This document shows positions 18,743-29,857 of a stretch of DNA of 64,000 nt, one piece after another. A model generated the notes under the pieces. It ran no database searches. It was not told the origin of the DNA and saw only the letters and a list, made by a program, of their open reading frames with translations. The number at the start of each line of letters is the position of its first letter. The stretch's first letter is position 1. Origin of the DNA: an uncultured Verrucomicrobiae bacterium (GTDB taxonomy: Bacteria > Verrucomicrobiota > Verrucomicrobiia > Chthoniobacterales > JAFAMB01); contig CAWIPH010000002.1 of assembly GCA_963837955.1 (NCBI GenBank), forward strand, positions 2,432,001-2,496,000, written 5' to 3'. The position numbers were made by a program, and so were the translations under genes.

Positions 18743-18906
18743 GGACCGGCTCCCGCCGGTCCGATCGTTAACCTAGAGACGCCGAACAAATACTTCGAGC
18801 ACGAGGACGACGACAGCCTGTCCGCCATAGTCCCGCGAAAGCGGGACGACGGCGGAAGCACGAGGACGAGAGTGACTGCTTACTGCTAACTGTTTACCGC
18901 TAACTA
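18739..18906 (+). repeat. Inter-permease spacer module (copy A)
   Basis: GTAGGGACCGGCT...CCGATCGTTAACCTAGAGACGC...GAGGACGACGACAGCCTGTCCGCCATAGTCCCGCGAAAGCGGGACGACGGCGGAAGCACGAGGACGAGAGTGA...CTGCTAACT; related copies at 21361-21665, 24160-24303 and 26751-27156. Confidence 0.85.
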
Positions 18907-18912
18907 TTGACC

Positions 18913-21358
18913 GTGAACACCCTGCTACAGCATCTCCGCTACACGATCCGCGTCCTTCTCAAGTCCCCCGGATTCACCGTCACGACCATTCTGATCATGG
19001 GTCTCGGAATTGGGGCAAATACTGCAATCTTCAGTGTGGTTAATTCGGTTCTGCTGCAGTCGCTGCCGTATCCGGATGCAGGAAAATTGTTAGCAATATC
19101 GGAAACGGACCCAGTTTATCCTGAGATGGTGGTAGCTTATCCCGATTATCTCGACTGGCGTGCCAGCCAACATTCATTCGAAGATATTTCAGTGTATCGC
19201 CGGGATGATTTTAACTTGACCGGTAGCGGTGAGCCAGAACGTATTCACGGTGCGTTCGTGACAGCCAGTTATTTTCGAGTCCTTGGGCTCGCACCAAAAC
19301 TCGGGCGGACCTTCGCCGAGAGCGATGATCGAACGGGAGGTGCGAATGTCGTTCTCTTGAGCGAGAGATTCTGGCGAAACCGCTTCGGAGCTGACCCGAA
19401 CATTATAGGCCGCACCTTGGTCCTCAACGACATCAGCTATGAAGTTATCGGCGTCACCCCGGCGGAGTTGATGAATCCGGAAAATGTGGATGTCTACGCG
19501 CCATTTGGATTTTACGCTGATCGTCCCTATCTCACCGATAGAGGGAGTCACCCAGGTCTCTATTGTATCGGTCGTCTCAAGCAGGGCATTTCTGTCGAGC
19601 AGGCCGCGGCCGATCTAGCTGTTATCTCGCACAATCTGGAATCACGCTACCCAGAAACCAATTCGGGCGAGGCAATGAAACTGACACCGCTTCTGGAGAA
19701 GACGGTTGGTGAGTATCGGATGACCCTATCGCTTCTTCTGGCGGTTGTTGGGCTCGTGCTGCTAATCGCCTGTGCGAACGTCGCGAACCTTCTGCTCGGC
19801 CGCGCCGTTGTGCGGCAAAAGGAGCTAGCACTGCGCGCCGCACTCGGCGCGAACCGGGGTCGAATTGTGACGCAGCTTTTGACGGAAAGTATTTTATTGG
19901 CTGTGCTCGGGGGCTTACTCGGATTGATTTTTGCAGCGTGGAGCACCGACGCAATCGTCGCTTTGGCACCTCACGACGTGCTTCGCTTTCAGCAAATCCA
20001 AGTGAACGGATCGGTGCTTCTGTTTACCGCTGTTTTAACGCTGGGCAGCGGCCTGATATTTGGTTTGTGGCCGGCTTGGAAGCTCTCTCGAACGGACCTC
20101 GGTACGGTTCTCGAGCAAGCAGGTGGTCGTGGCAGTACAGCCAGGAGCCGGACGCCAGCGTAGTCAGGGATTGCTTGTCGTCAGCCAAGTGGCTCTTGCT
20201 AGCCTTCTTTTAGTCGGGGCAACGTTGCTCATCCAGAGCTTCCAGGCGCTGCAAAAGGTTCCTCTCGGCTTTGATCCTCATCATTTGCTCACAGTTCGAA
20301 TCAAGCTGCCCGGCTCCAAATACCGTAACGAGCCTGGCCAGCCTGCGAAGGTGGCAGAAATGGCTGCCTTTTATGACCGAATCTTGGAAAAGATCCAGAA
20401 TCTTCCCGGCGCCGAGATCGCTGCACTTTGTACCAATCTCCCATTCAGCGGCAGTGATTGGCAGATGGATTTTGCGGTGGCCGGTCGCCCAGATCCCAAA
20501 CCAGGTGAGGAACCATCAGCTGAATTTGCGTCGGTTTCTTCTGATTATTTCCGAGCTATGGGAGTTGAATTACTGCGCGGTCGCAGCTTCGAAGCGGAGG
20601 ATAGAATCGGCAAACCGCCTGTCGTCATCATCGACGAGAGTCTCGCGAATCGTTTTTTTCCGGGCCAGGACCCGATCGGCCAACAGATCTTTGACAATAT
20701 TCATAGTGGCGTGCGCACGCAATACACCGTCGTCGGTGTTGTACGCACCGTGCGGCACGACGATCTCAAGGAACAGCCCAAGTTGGCTCAGCTCTACATG
20801 CCCGTGACCCAAAAACCAGAGCTTCAGTCTACCATTCTAGTACGCACTGAGGGTGATCCGTTGGCACTTCCTCCTGTCGTTAAACACGCAGTCCAATCGG
20901 TCAATTCAGATCTCCCGGTCTTTGATGCCAGGACAATGGATAGCCTACTTGCCGACAAGCTCGCAACCCAGCGGCTCTCCGTAATCTTAGTGAGCCTCTT
21001 TTCGGTTCTCGCACTGATCCTCGCTGCGGTTGGTCTCTACGGTGTGCTGGCGTATTCCATTGCCCAGCGGACTCGTGAGATAGGCATTCGGATCGCTCTA
21101 GGTGCGCAATCGGGAAACATTTTGGGATTGGTAGCCACACAAGGACTCAGGATCGTTGGCGTTGGATTATCCATCGGGATCGTCGGTGCGCTCACTCTAA
21201 CCCGTTTGATCCAGAGCATGCTGTATGGTGTATCGGGCAACGATCCGACCGCACTTTTAACAGCCGCGATCGTGCTTGGTCTAACCGCATTTCTGGCCTG
21301 TTTGTTACCTGCGTTACGGGCAATCCGAATTAACCCCATTACGGCACTGAGAGAATGA
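18913..21358 (+). pseudogene. ABC permease 3, ADOP-type, split by a 1-nt insertion near 20143
   Basis: ORFs 18907-20163 and 20060-21358 encode the N- and C-halves. Removing one base from GCC-A-GGA restores [12 protein letters not shown], similar to GTAGPxRQRSQ in paralogues. May be a sequencing error. Confidence 0.8.
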
Positions 21359-21440
21359 CGGTAGGGACCGGCTTCCAACTACGCCAAACTTGGACACGTT
21401 TGAATGAATACCAATTGAGGCTTCGTCGGACAGGCCCGCC

Positions 21441-21540
21441 AGTGAACACCAACGAACGCCAACGAACGCCAACGAACGCCAGTGAACACCAACGAACGCC
21501 AGTGAACACCAACGAACGCCAGTGAACACCAACGAACGCC
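21441..21540. repeat. Decamer tandem repeat, 10 units of two variants (A=AGTGAACACC, B=AACGAACGCC; order ABBBABABAB)
   Basis: Directly readable; sits inside the spacer module that follows permease 3. Confidence 0.92.
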
Positions 21541-21665
21541 AGCGAGCGACAGTGAATCAACTTCTTCCAGAAGCTCGCTGCCTTATGTTGACGCGCATGC
21601 GCGTACGCGGGACGACGGCGGAAGGACGACGACGAGAGTGAACTGCTAACCACTTACTGCTGACC

Positions 21666-24107
21666 GTGAACACCCTGATCTCCCATCTCCGCTACACGAT
21701 CCGCGTGCTGCTGAAGTCACCAGGCTTTACTGTTACTATCATTCTAATCCTGGGCTTAGGGATCGGCGCAAACACGGCGATCTTTAGTCTCATCAACGGC
21801 GTAGTGCTTAGGCCGCTCCCTTATCCAGCTGCCGATCGGCTCATGCTCTTTGTCCAGACTCTTCAAAATTTTGACACGGTGCCTCTAGGTTATGCGGACT
21901 ACCTGGACTTCAGCGGAGGTCAGCATAGTTTTGAGAACCTCACGGTCTACGACAACAATGACTTTACTCTTACCGGGCAGGGCGATCCGGAACGAATCAG
22001 CGGCCTTTACGTTACGGGTACTTTTTTCAAGGTGCTCGGCCGACCATTCCTGATTGGGCGGCCATTCGGCGAAACCGACGATAAGCCAGACGCTGCGAAC
22101 GTGGCAGTTGTGAGCGAGCATCTCTGGCGCACGCATTTTCACTCTGATCCGAAGATTGTCGGCAGCAGCCTCACAGTGGACGGCAGGAGTTTCCAAGTGG
22201 TCGGTGTAACTCGTGGGCAAGCTGATGAGACGGGAAAAGCCGATTTGTATGTTCCGGTGAGTCACGACCCGCTTTTCGAGCGATACAAAAGTATTCGGGG
22301 AGCGCACAGTTTCGTGTCTATCGGACGACTGGCCGACGGGATCACGCTGCAACAGGCCTACGCAGACCTCCAGGTCATCAACCAGAATCTAGCTGCTCGC
22401 TACCCTGTCACAAACAGTGGCTTCGGTGTTCGGCTGATGCCTTACCTGGATGGCGTTGTCGGCAGTTATTCTGGTCTCCTTTTCCTGCTGGAAGCAGCGG
22501 TTACCTGTTTACTGCTGATCACCTGTGCCAACATCGCAAATCTGCTGCTCGGCAGGACACAGATGCGTCGGAAAGAAATCACCATTCGAGCGGCTCTTGG
22601 TGCAGGTCGGCTGCGCCTGGTTCTGCAGCTTCTGGCTGAGAACTTGCTCCTGGCAGTGGTCGGAGGAGCGCTCGGCCTAGCCATTGCTTTCCTGGCAGTA
22701 GATGCGATCAAGGCTTTCGGTCCGGATATTGCCCGCTTTCAAGAGACCAGAGTTGATAGCGCCTCTCTCCTCTTCGTTCTCGGTATAAGTCTTTTCACGG
22801 CATTCCTCTTTGGACTCTTCCCGGCCTGGATTGCGTCCAAGGCTAATCTCGCTTACACGCTGAAAGATGAGGGGGAGCGTGGCGGTACTGCGGGTCCTCA
22901 GCGGCAACGAAGCCAGGCGTTTCTAGTAGGAGGACAAGTTGCACTTGCCTCCATTTTATTAATTGGTGCGGGATTGCTGGCACGGAGTTTTCAGGTACTG
23001 CAAAACATTCCTCTCGGATTCAATCCCCAGAATGTGCTGACTACCGATATCTTCCTGGCTGACGCCAAGTATGCGGATGAATCGAAGAGCGCCGCCTTCT
23101 TTGATACGCTCCTGGATAAGGTGGCGCATTTGCCTGGGGTAACTGCCGCCGCGATCAACAACAATTTGCCGTTTCACGGTCAAAACGTGAACGGCTTTGG
23201 GGTAGCTGGCCAACCCGATCCCGATATGGCCCATATGCCTTTGCTAGATCCTCAGTTTATATCCTCCGGGTACTTTCACGCACTGGGAATTCCGCTTTTA
23301 CGGGGTCGCGTATTTGATGAACAGGATCGGGCGGGCAAACAAAGAGTGGCGATCGTCAACGAAAGCATCGCCCAACGTTATTTTGCTGGAGAAGATCCTA
23401 TCGGGAAGCAAATCCATGACATGAATGACATAAGCGGCCTCCAGCGCAACTATTTCACGATTGTCGGCGTGGTGGGCAATGTACAGTTTGATAATCCGGA
23501 ATCGCAGCAAACTCCTCTCCAAGCTTATTATCCTTACGCTCAGGGCACTAATGCTCTCGATTCAATAATAGACTCTGGGACGCTGGTAGTACGCACGCAG
23601 GGCGATCCGCTTGCCATCGCAAAGACAGTACGCAAGGTCATCGCCGAAATCGATCCCGAGGTGTCGGTCGCCAGTCCGACCACCTTCGACGACCTCGTTT
23701 CGAAAACGTTCGCCATTCGCCGGATCGCGACGGTGATAGTTAGCTTATTTTCGACGGCAGCTTTGTTCCTGGCTGCGATCGGCTTGTATGCTGTTCTATC
23801 CTACTCCGTTATCCAAAGAACGCGCGAGATCGGGGTCCGGATGGCTTTAGGCGCCCAAACAACAAACATACTTCGACTAGTAGTCCGGCAAGGACTCCAG
23901 ATCGTTCTGCTCGGTCTAATAGTTGGGATAGTGGTGGCACTGACACTGACCCAGTTTATCGGCACCGTCCTCTATGGGGTGTCAACTGCGGATCCGGTAG
24001 CGCTGGGGATTAGCGTGCTGGTACTCGGCCTTGCCGCATTACTCGCGTGTTTGTTACCGGCGGTACAGGCGACCCGGATTAACCCGATTACGGCGCTAAG
24101 AGAATAG
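21666..24107 (+). CDS. ABC permease 4, ADOP-type
   Basis: [42 protein letters not shown] and INPITALRE motifs. Confidence 0.93.
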   Translation: MNTLISHLRYTIRVLLKSPGFTVTIILILGLGIGANTAIFSLINGVVLRPLPYPAADRLMLFVQTLQNFDTVPLGYADYLDFSGGQHSFENLTVYDNNDFTLTGQGDPERISGLYVTGTFFKVLGRPFLIGRPFGETDDKPDAANVAVVSEHLWRTHFHSDPKIVGSSLTVDGRSFQVVGVTRGQADETGKADLYVPVSHDPLFERYKSIRGAHSFVSIGRLADGITLQQAYADLQVINQNLAARYPVTNSGFGVRLMPYLDGVVGSYSGLLFLLEAAVTCLLLITCANIANLLLGRTQMRRKEITIRAALGAGRLRLVLQLLAENLLLAVVGGALGLAIAFLAVDAIKAFGPDIARFQETRVDSASLLFVLGISLFTAFLFGLFPAWIASKANLAYTLKDEGERGGTAGPQRQRSQAFLVGGQVALASILLIGAGLLARSFQVLQNIPLGFNPQNVLTTDIFLADAKYADESKSAAFFDTLLDKVAHLPGVTAAAINNNLPFHGQNVNGFGVAGQPDPDMAHMPLLDPQFISSGYFHALGIPLLRGRVFDEQDRAGKQRVAIVNESIAQRYFAGEDPIGKQIHDMNDISGLQRNYFTIVGVVGNVQFDNPESQQTPLQAYYPYAQGTNALDSIIDSGTLVVRTQGDPLAIAKTVRKVIAEIDPEVSVASPTTFDDLVSKTFAIRRIATVIVSLFSTAALFLAAIGLYAVLSYSVIQRTREIGVRMALGAQTTNILRLVVRQGLQIVLLGLIVGIVVALTLTQFIGTVLYGVSTADPVALGISVLVLGLAALLACLLPAVQATRINPITALRE

Positions 24108-24159
24108 CCGCAAAAGAACGCAGAGAACACAAAGACAAAATACGAGAGCTCGACCTCGC

Positions 24160-24303
24160 CGACCGATGGCTAACCTAGAAACGCTGAGCGAATCATTCGA
24201 GGACGACGACAGCCAGTCCGCCATAGTCCCGCGAAAGCGGGACGACGGCGGAAGCACGAGGACGAGAGTGAACTGCTTACCGCTAGCTGCTAACTGCTAA
24301 CTA
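24160..24303 (+). repeat. Inter-permease spacer module (copy C)
   Basis: Near-identical to 18760-18906 (GTCCGCCATAGTCCCGCGAAAGCGGGACGACGGCGGAAGCACGAGGACGAGAGTGA). Confidence 0.85.
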
Positions 24304-24309
24304 TTGACC

Positions 24310-26748
24310 GTGAACAGCCTACTATCACATCATCGATACACGATTCGCGTACTCCTGAAGTCGCCGGGATTCACCATTACTACCATTCTGATCCTGGGCT
24401 TAGGGATCGGCGCTAATACGGCGATTTTTAGCCTGATTGATGGCGTGTTGCTCAAGCCGCTGCCTTATCCCGAAGCGGATCGGCTGGTCCAGATTTTCCA
24501 GCCAGTTCGAGAGTACGAACAAATGCCGATGGCCTATTCCGACTATGTGGACTTCCGCCAAGACCAGCACAGCCTACAAGATTTGACAATTTATCGCACG
24601 GACGATTTCCAAGTCACCGGAAACGGAGACCCGGAACGAATCGACGGCGCCTATGTCACAGGGAGTTTTTTCAAGGTGCTGGGCAGACCATTTGTCCTAG
24701 GCAGGCCTTTCGGAGAAGAGGAGGACACCGGAGCCGCCGGTGTGGTTGTTCTCAGCGAACAACTGTGGCGGACCCGCTTCCACGCGGATCCCAAAGTGAT
24801 CGGTACTAACATAACGCTGAGTGGACGTAGCTTCCAAATTGTCGGCGTTACACCCCCGCAAGCAAACGAGACAGGGAAGATTGATCTGTATGTCCCTTTC
24901 AGTCTTATGCCCATGTTCGCCGATCTGAGGTCACGGCGCAGTGGACACATGCATTACTGCATCGGACGACTGAAGGATGGGGTCACTCTACAACAGGCCC
25001 AAGCCGACTTCGAAGTGATCAATCAGAACCTGGTTGCCAGGTATCCGGAGACCAGTTCGGGTTTCGGAATCCGGCTCGTACCTTTTTTGGACAGTGTGGT
25101 TGGCGACTATTCAGCTACTCTTTGGATTTTGGGGGCAGCGGTGGGTTGCTTGCTGGTGATCACTTGTGCGAACACCGCGAATCTCTTACTTGCCAGGGCG
25201 CGCGAGCGCAAAAAGGAGATTACGATTCGAGCAGCGTTGGGGGCGACTCGCGAACGTTTGCTGATGCAGCTATTAACCGAGAGCCTGCTGCTCGCGTTCG
25301 TTGGCGGTGGATTTGGGTTGTTTGTCTCCTATTGGGCAGTCGTATTGATCAGAACCTTTGGCTCGGAGAATATTACCCGACTTGAAGCAGTTAGTATCGA
25401 TGGCACTGCCCTCATCTTTGTGTTTGCTATCACGCTACTCACGACATTGCTGTTCGGCCTTCTTCCAGCTTGGGTCGTCTCGAGAGCGAATCTCACTTCC
25501 GCGCTGCGCGACGAAGGCGGGCGAACCGGAACAGCCGGCCCGGAACGGCAACGCAGCCAAACCATCCTGGTCATCGGACAAGTCGCGCTAGCGTCCGTTC
25601 TTCTCATTGGAGCGGGGCTGCTTACACGCAGTTTTCTGGCTCTACAGAGTGTACCTCTGGGTTTCAACGCTCATCACATTCTCACGGCCAATATCTATCT
25701 TGGTAACACCAAGTACGCCGAGGACAGCAAACGCAAAGTCTTCTTCGATACATTGCTTGATAAGGTTCACCATCTACCGGGAGTGACGGCGGCCGGCTTA
25801 AACGATTGCTTGCCGTTCTACAATAACGACATGGAGAATCTTAGCATCGTTGGTCAACCCGCGCCCGACCGTAATCACCTACCTTGGATGGCCCGGCAGA
25901 TTGTCTCTCCCGACTATTTTCGTGTGCTCGGAATTCCTCTTCTGCGAGGACGACTGTTTGATGACCGAGATCAAACGGGGAAGAAGAACGTGGTAATTAT
26001 TAACGAGAGCATCGCGCAACACTATTTTGCCGGAGAAGATCCGATCGGAAAGCAAACCGATGACCAAGGCAACCTTTTCGGTAAAGAGCGTCACTACTTC
26101 ACGATCATCGGCGTAGTCGCAGACGTGCAGCATGACGATCCGGGCACCGAGCGAACTCCTTTTCAGGTCTACTATCCATACACCCAATCAGCGGGAGGCT
26201 TCGAAACGCTGAAATTCGCGACGCTCGTATTGCGTACGGACGGTGATCCTCAATCGCTGATAACAGCCCTGCGAAAGACTGTTGCCGCAATCGATCCAGA
26301 CCTTCCGCTCTCAAACATCGGTTCGTATGATGACCTCATCGCAGGCACGTTCGCGACCAAGCGTCTCGCAGTGATTGTAGTTAGTCTATTTTCCGGAGCA
26401 GCCTTGCTGTTAGCAGCGATCGGCTTATACGCGGTTCTTTCTTATTCGGTCAGTCAAAGGACGCGCGAGATCGGTGTGAGGATGGCTTTGGGAGCACAAT
26501 CATCGAACATCCTCAGACTGACAACTGGCCAAGGACTCAGCATTGTTCTTGTGGGATTAATCCTTGGAATTTCGGCGGCACTCACCCTTGCCCACTTTAT
26601 CGGGAGCGTCCTGTATGGGGTGTCAGCTACCGATCCGGTTGCACTTGGACTGAGCGTGCTCACGCTGGGTCTCGCTGCGTTGCTAGCCTGTTTGTTACCG
26701 GCGTTGCGTGCGACGCGGATTAACCCAATCACGGCGCTAAGAGAATGA
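24310..26748 (+). CDS. ABC permease 5, ADOP-type (GTG 24310 or TTG 24304)
   Basis: Same architecture and terminal motifs as permease 4. Confidence 0.93.
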   Translation: MNSLLSHHRYTIRVLLKSPGFTITTILILGLGIGANTAIFSLIDGVLLKPLPYPEADRLVQIFQPVREYEQMPMAYSDYVDFRQDQHSLQDLTIYRTDDFQVTGNGDPERIDGAYVTGSFFKVLGRPFVLGRPFGEEEDTGAAGVVVLSEQLWRTRFHADPKVIGTNITLSGRSFQIVGVTPPQANETGKIDLYVPFSLMPMFADLRSRRSGHMHYCIGRLKDGVTLQQAQADFEVINQNLVARYPETSSGFGIRLVPFLDSVVGDYSATLWILGAAVGCLLVITCANTANLLLARARERKKEITIRAALGATRERLLMQLLTESLLLAFVGGGFGLFVSYWAVVLIRTFGSENITRLEAVSIDGTALIFVFAITLLTTLLFGLLPAWVVSRANLTSALRDEGGRTGTAGPERQRSQTILVIGQVALASVLLIGAGLLTRSFLALQSVPLGFNAHHILTANIYLGNTKYAEDSKRKVFFDTLLDKVHHLPGVTAAGLNDCLPFYNNDMENLSIVGQPAPDRNHLPWMARQIVSPDYFRVLGIPLLRGRLFDDRDQTGKKNVVIINESIAQHYFAGEDPIGKQTDDQGNLFGKERHYFTIIGVVADVQHDDPGTERTPFQVYYPYTQSAGGFETLKFATLVLRTDGDPQSLITALRKTVAAIDPDLPLSNIGSYDDLIAGTFATKRLAVIVVSLFSGAALLLAAIGLYAVLSYSVSQRTREIGVRMALGAQSSNILRLTTGQGLSIVLVGLILGISAALTLAHFIGSVLYGVSATDPVALGLSVLTLGLAALLACLLPALRATRINPITALRE

Positions 26749-26750
26749 AG

Positions 26751-27156
26751 GTAGGGACCGGCTTCCAACTACGCCAAAATTCTACACGTTTTGAATTAAT
26801 ACCAATTGAGGCTTCGTCGGACAGGCCCGCCGGTCCGATCGCTAACCTGGAGACGCTGAACGAAAGATTCGAGGACGAGGACAGCCTGTCCGCCATAGTC
26901 CCGCGAACGCGGGGCAGCCGCGAGACCCAACGCGGGGAGGGATCGCGTCCCCGCGATCCGTTGTGGCCGGACCCAAGCGCGTTTGTATACCAAGGGTTAA
27001 ATTGCGTCCCCAGGTTAGAGATCGTTTTCGCGGCGCGCGGGGACGCGCGCCCTCCCGGCGATGGAGCAGGCAAACCATTCTTAAGTTGACGCGTATGCGC
27101 GAACGCGGGACGACGGCGGAAGTACGAGAACAACTACTACCTGCTAACTGCTAATT
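26751..27156 (+). repeat. Composite inter-permease spacer (copy D) with a nested GGAGGG...CCCTCC REP pair at 26934-27056
   Basis: 26751-26830 matches 21361-21440; 26831-26910 matches 18757-18845; 27086-27121 matches 21587-21623. Confidence 0.8.
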
Positions 27157-29574
27157 GTGAACAGCCTACTATCACACCTCCGCTACACGATCCGGGTACT
27201 TGTGAAGTCGCCCGGATTCACCATTACCACGGTTCTAATCCTCGGTTTAGGGATCGGTGCCAATACGGCGATGTTCAGCCTAGTCGATGCGGTATTGCTT
27301 CGGCCGTTGCCCTATCCTGAGCCAGGTCGACTCATAAAACTTTGGGAGACCTTCCCGAACTCTAGCGAATACTCGCCGGTGTCTTATCCTGACTATCTCG
27401 ATTGGCGGTCCAACCAACGTACTTTCGATGATCTTTCGCTCTTCAGACCGAGTGACTTCAACTTGAGCAAAGATGGCGATCCTGAGCGATTCCGAGGAGC
27501 GTACATCACGGCCAGCTATTTCAGAGTGATGAAGATTTCGCCGCTGGTAGGTCGCGAGTTCTCCGAGGAGGAAGACCGGGCTGGTATGGCCAGGGTTGTC
27601 CTGTTAAGTGAACGACTGTGGCGCAGTCGTTTTCAAGGAGATCTGGGAATCATTGGACGCAAGTTGATCCTCAACGGGAACAGCCTGGAGGTTATTGGAG
27701 TTATTCCGGCGACTTTTGACGTCGCTCGGCGCGCCGATCTCTATGTTCCGTTGAGCCTGAATCCGGATCGGAGCTTCGTGAGCAGCCGCGACAGATACCA
27801 GTTCGATTGCATTGGGAGATTAAAGGAAGGAATTACTCAGGAGCAGGCCGAGGCCGATTTGCTTCTTATCTCCAGTAATCTTCAAGTCCGTTACCCGGGC
27901 ACCAATGCGGGAGTTAACGTCAAGCTGATCCCGCTACTGAAGAGCGTGGTAGGAGAATATAGCGCAACACTCTGGTTTCTCATGGGCGCGGTTGGCTTCC
28001 TGCTGCTGATTACCTGCGCTAACGTCACCAATTTGTTGCTGAGTCGAGCTGTTGGGCGGCACCGAGAGATTGTAGTTCGCGCCGCCCTGGGCGCTAGTCG
28101 CCGACGGATCATTGGACAACTGATGATGGAAAGCTTCGTTCTGTCCATACTCGGCGGTGTTCTTGGACTCCTTCTCACGTTCTGGATTGGCGACGGAATT
28201 ATTGCGCTCGGCCCCAAGGGTGTGCCACGTCTTCAGGAAGTTCGAGTCGACAGCATAGTGTTCGTCTTCTCTTTGCTCGTAACTGTTGCTACCGCTTTTC
28301 TATTTGGAGCGGTGCCTGCGTGGAGGATTTCTAGAACGGACCTAAACTCTGCACTGAAGGAGGAGGGAGGTCGAGGCGGCTCGATAGGCCGACAGCAATC
28401 GCGCAGTCAGGCGATTTTGGTCATTATTCAGGTCTCACTAGCGTGCGTCCTTCTCATGGCAACGGGACTGCTGGGCAGGAGTTTCCAAAAAGTCCAGGAT
28501 GTTCAACTAGGGTTCAGGCCTGATCATTTGCTCACCGCCGGAATTTCGTTGCCACCCTCGAAATATTCCGCCGATGTAAATCGGCGTGGCTTCTATGAGA
28601 ACCTCCTGGAAAGGACGATGCAAATACCAGGGGTACACGCTGCAGCGGTCAGCTCCAACCTGCCGTTTAGCGGCCATAACTCGGAGCAAGGATTCGTCAT
28701 TCCCGGCCAGGCTGAAACTCAGCAGGGCCCGGCCTATGAAGCACAGATTGTTTCGCCTGATTACTTTCGGGCGATGGAAATGCCTGTCTTGAGGGGACGA
28801 GGTTTCGACTCTACTGACAGGCAGGACAAGCCGTTGGTTATAGTCATCGATGAAACCTTCGCCCGCCGGTATTTCTCCGATCGCGATCCGATCGGGCAAC
28901 AGATCAGCGACAATGAAGAAGGGCAGCCTGGTAAGCAGTACACTATTATCGGGGTCGTTCCAACCGTGCGGCACGACGGTCTAGACGCTGAACCAAAATA
29001 TGTCCAAGCATACTTTCCATTTGCGCAGAATCCTTCGCCCGTAATCAGGCTGCTCGTACGGGCCGAGAGCGACCCTCTTTCCTTGACGAACTCGGTGCGG
29101 AAGGCAGTTCTTTCAGTTGATCCGGACCAACCAATTTTTGGTGTTGAGACGATGGAGAGTCTGGTGGGCAATAGCCTCGCGGGGCGTCGACTCTCAATGA
29201 TCCTAGCAAGCGTTTTCTCTGCTCTTGCCCTGTTTCTGACTGGGGCTGGTCTCTATGGCGTATTGGCGTATTCGATCGGCCAGCGGACGAGAGAGATCGC
29301 TATTCGTATCGCTTTGGGGGCCCCCACATCGAACATATTCGAATTGGTAGTTCGACAAGGATTCACGCTAGTCGGGACCGGCCTGATCATCGGTATTCTG
29401 GCGGCACTAATTTTTTCCCGATCTATCGGTAGCATTCTTTATGGTGTATCAGCCAACGATCCGCTAACGCTCGGGTTGACTGTGCTCGTTTTGGGTTTTG
29501 CCGGAGTTATTGCGTGTTTGCTTCCGGCGCTACGCGCAACGCGAATTAGTCCGATCATCGCGCTAAGAGAATAG
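27157..29574 (+). CDS. ABC permease 6, ADOP-type
   Basis: [44 protein letters not shown] and ISPIIALRE motifs. Confidence 0.93.
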   Translation: MNSLLSHLRYTIRVLVKSPGFTITTVLILGLGIGANTAMFSLVDAVLLRPLPYPEPGRLIKLWETFPNSSEYSPVSYPDYLDWRSNQRTFDDLSLFRPSDFNLSKDGDPERFRGAYITASYFRVMKISPLVGREFSEEEDRAGMARVVLLSERLWRSRFQGDLGIIGRKLILNGNSLEVIGVIPATFDVARRADLYVPLSLNPDRSFVSSRDRYQFDCIGRLKEGITQEQAEADLLLISSNLQVRYPGTNAGVNVKLIPLLKSVVGEYSATLWFLMGAVGFLLLITCANVTNLLLSRAVGRHREIVVRAALGASRRRIIGQLMMESFVLSILGGVLGLLLTFWIGDGIIALGPKGVPRLQEVRVDSIVFVFSLLVTVATAFLFGAVPAWRISRTDLNSALKEEGGRGGSIGRQQSRSQAILVIIQVSLACVLLMATGLLGRSFQKVQDVQLGFRPDHLLTAGISLPPSKYSADVNRRGFYENLLERTMQIPGVHAAAVSSNLPFSGHNSEQGFVIPGQAETQQGPAYEAQIVSPDYFRAMEMPVLRGRGFDSTDRQDKPLVIVIDETFARRYFSDRDPIGQQISDNEEGQPGKQYTIIGVVPTVRHDGLDAEPKYVQAYFPFAQNPSPVIRLLVRAESDPLSLTNSVRKAVLSVDPDQPIFGVETMESLVGNSLAGRRLSMILASVFSALALFLTGAGLYGVLAYSIGQRTREIAIRIALGAPTSNIFELVVRQGFTLVGTGLIIGILAALIFSRSIGSILYGVSANDPLTLGLTVLVLGFAGVIACLLPALRATRISPIIALRE

Positions 29575-29857
29575 CTTGGGCTTGGGCGAGGATTCATGAA
29601 ATTCTATCTGTTCGAACGGTTCGAATGGAAACACGCCTCCTGCGGAATGATTCAGCTCGCAGCTGCCGATAACTTCCTACTTTGCTTCCTTTGCTACCTT
29701 CCAAACCTTCTTTGCTTACTTCTGTTGGCCGATAAGCCGCGCATCCGACCCCTGACCTGGAACGATCCGATCCAAGCGTTTCATTGATCTGTCGCAGCGA
29801 AACGGTTATGAAGGGCGGGGTCAGCAATTTTCCTTTGACCTCCTGGCAAGCAACAAT

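Noticed and set aside
21441..21540. Possible CRISPR array
   Set aside because: 10-bp contiguous units with no unique spacers, and no cas genes in the window.
26729..27154. Several 60-130 aa ORFs in inter-permease spacers (also 18673-18861 and 21314-21653)
   Set aside because: Composed of repeat modules that are not frame-conserved between copies.
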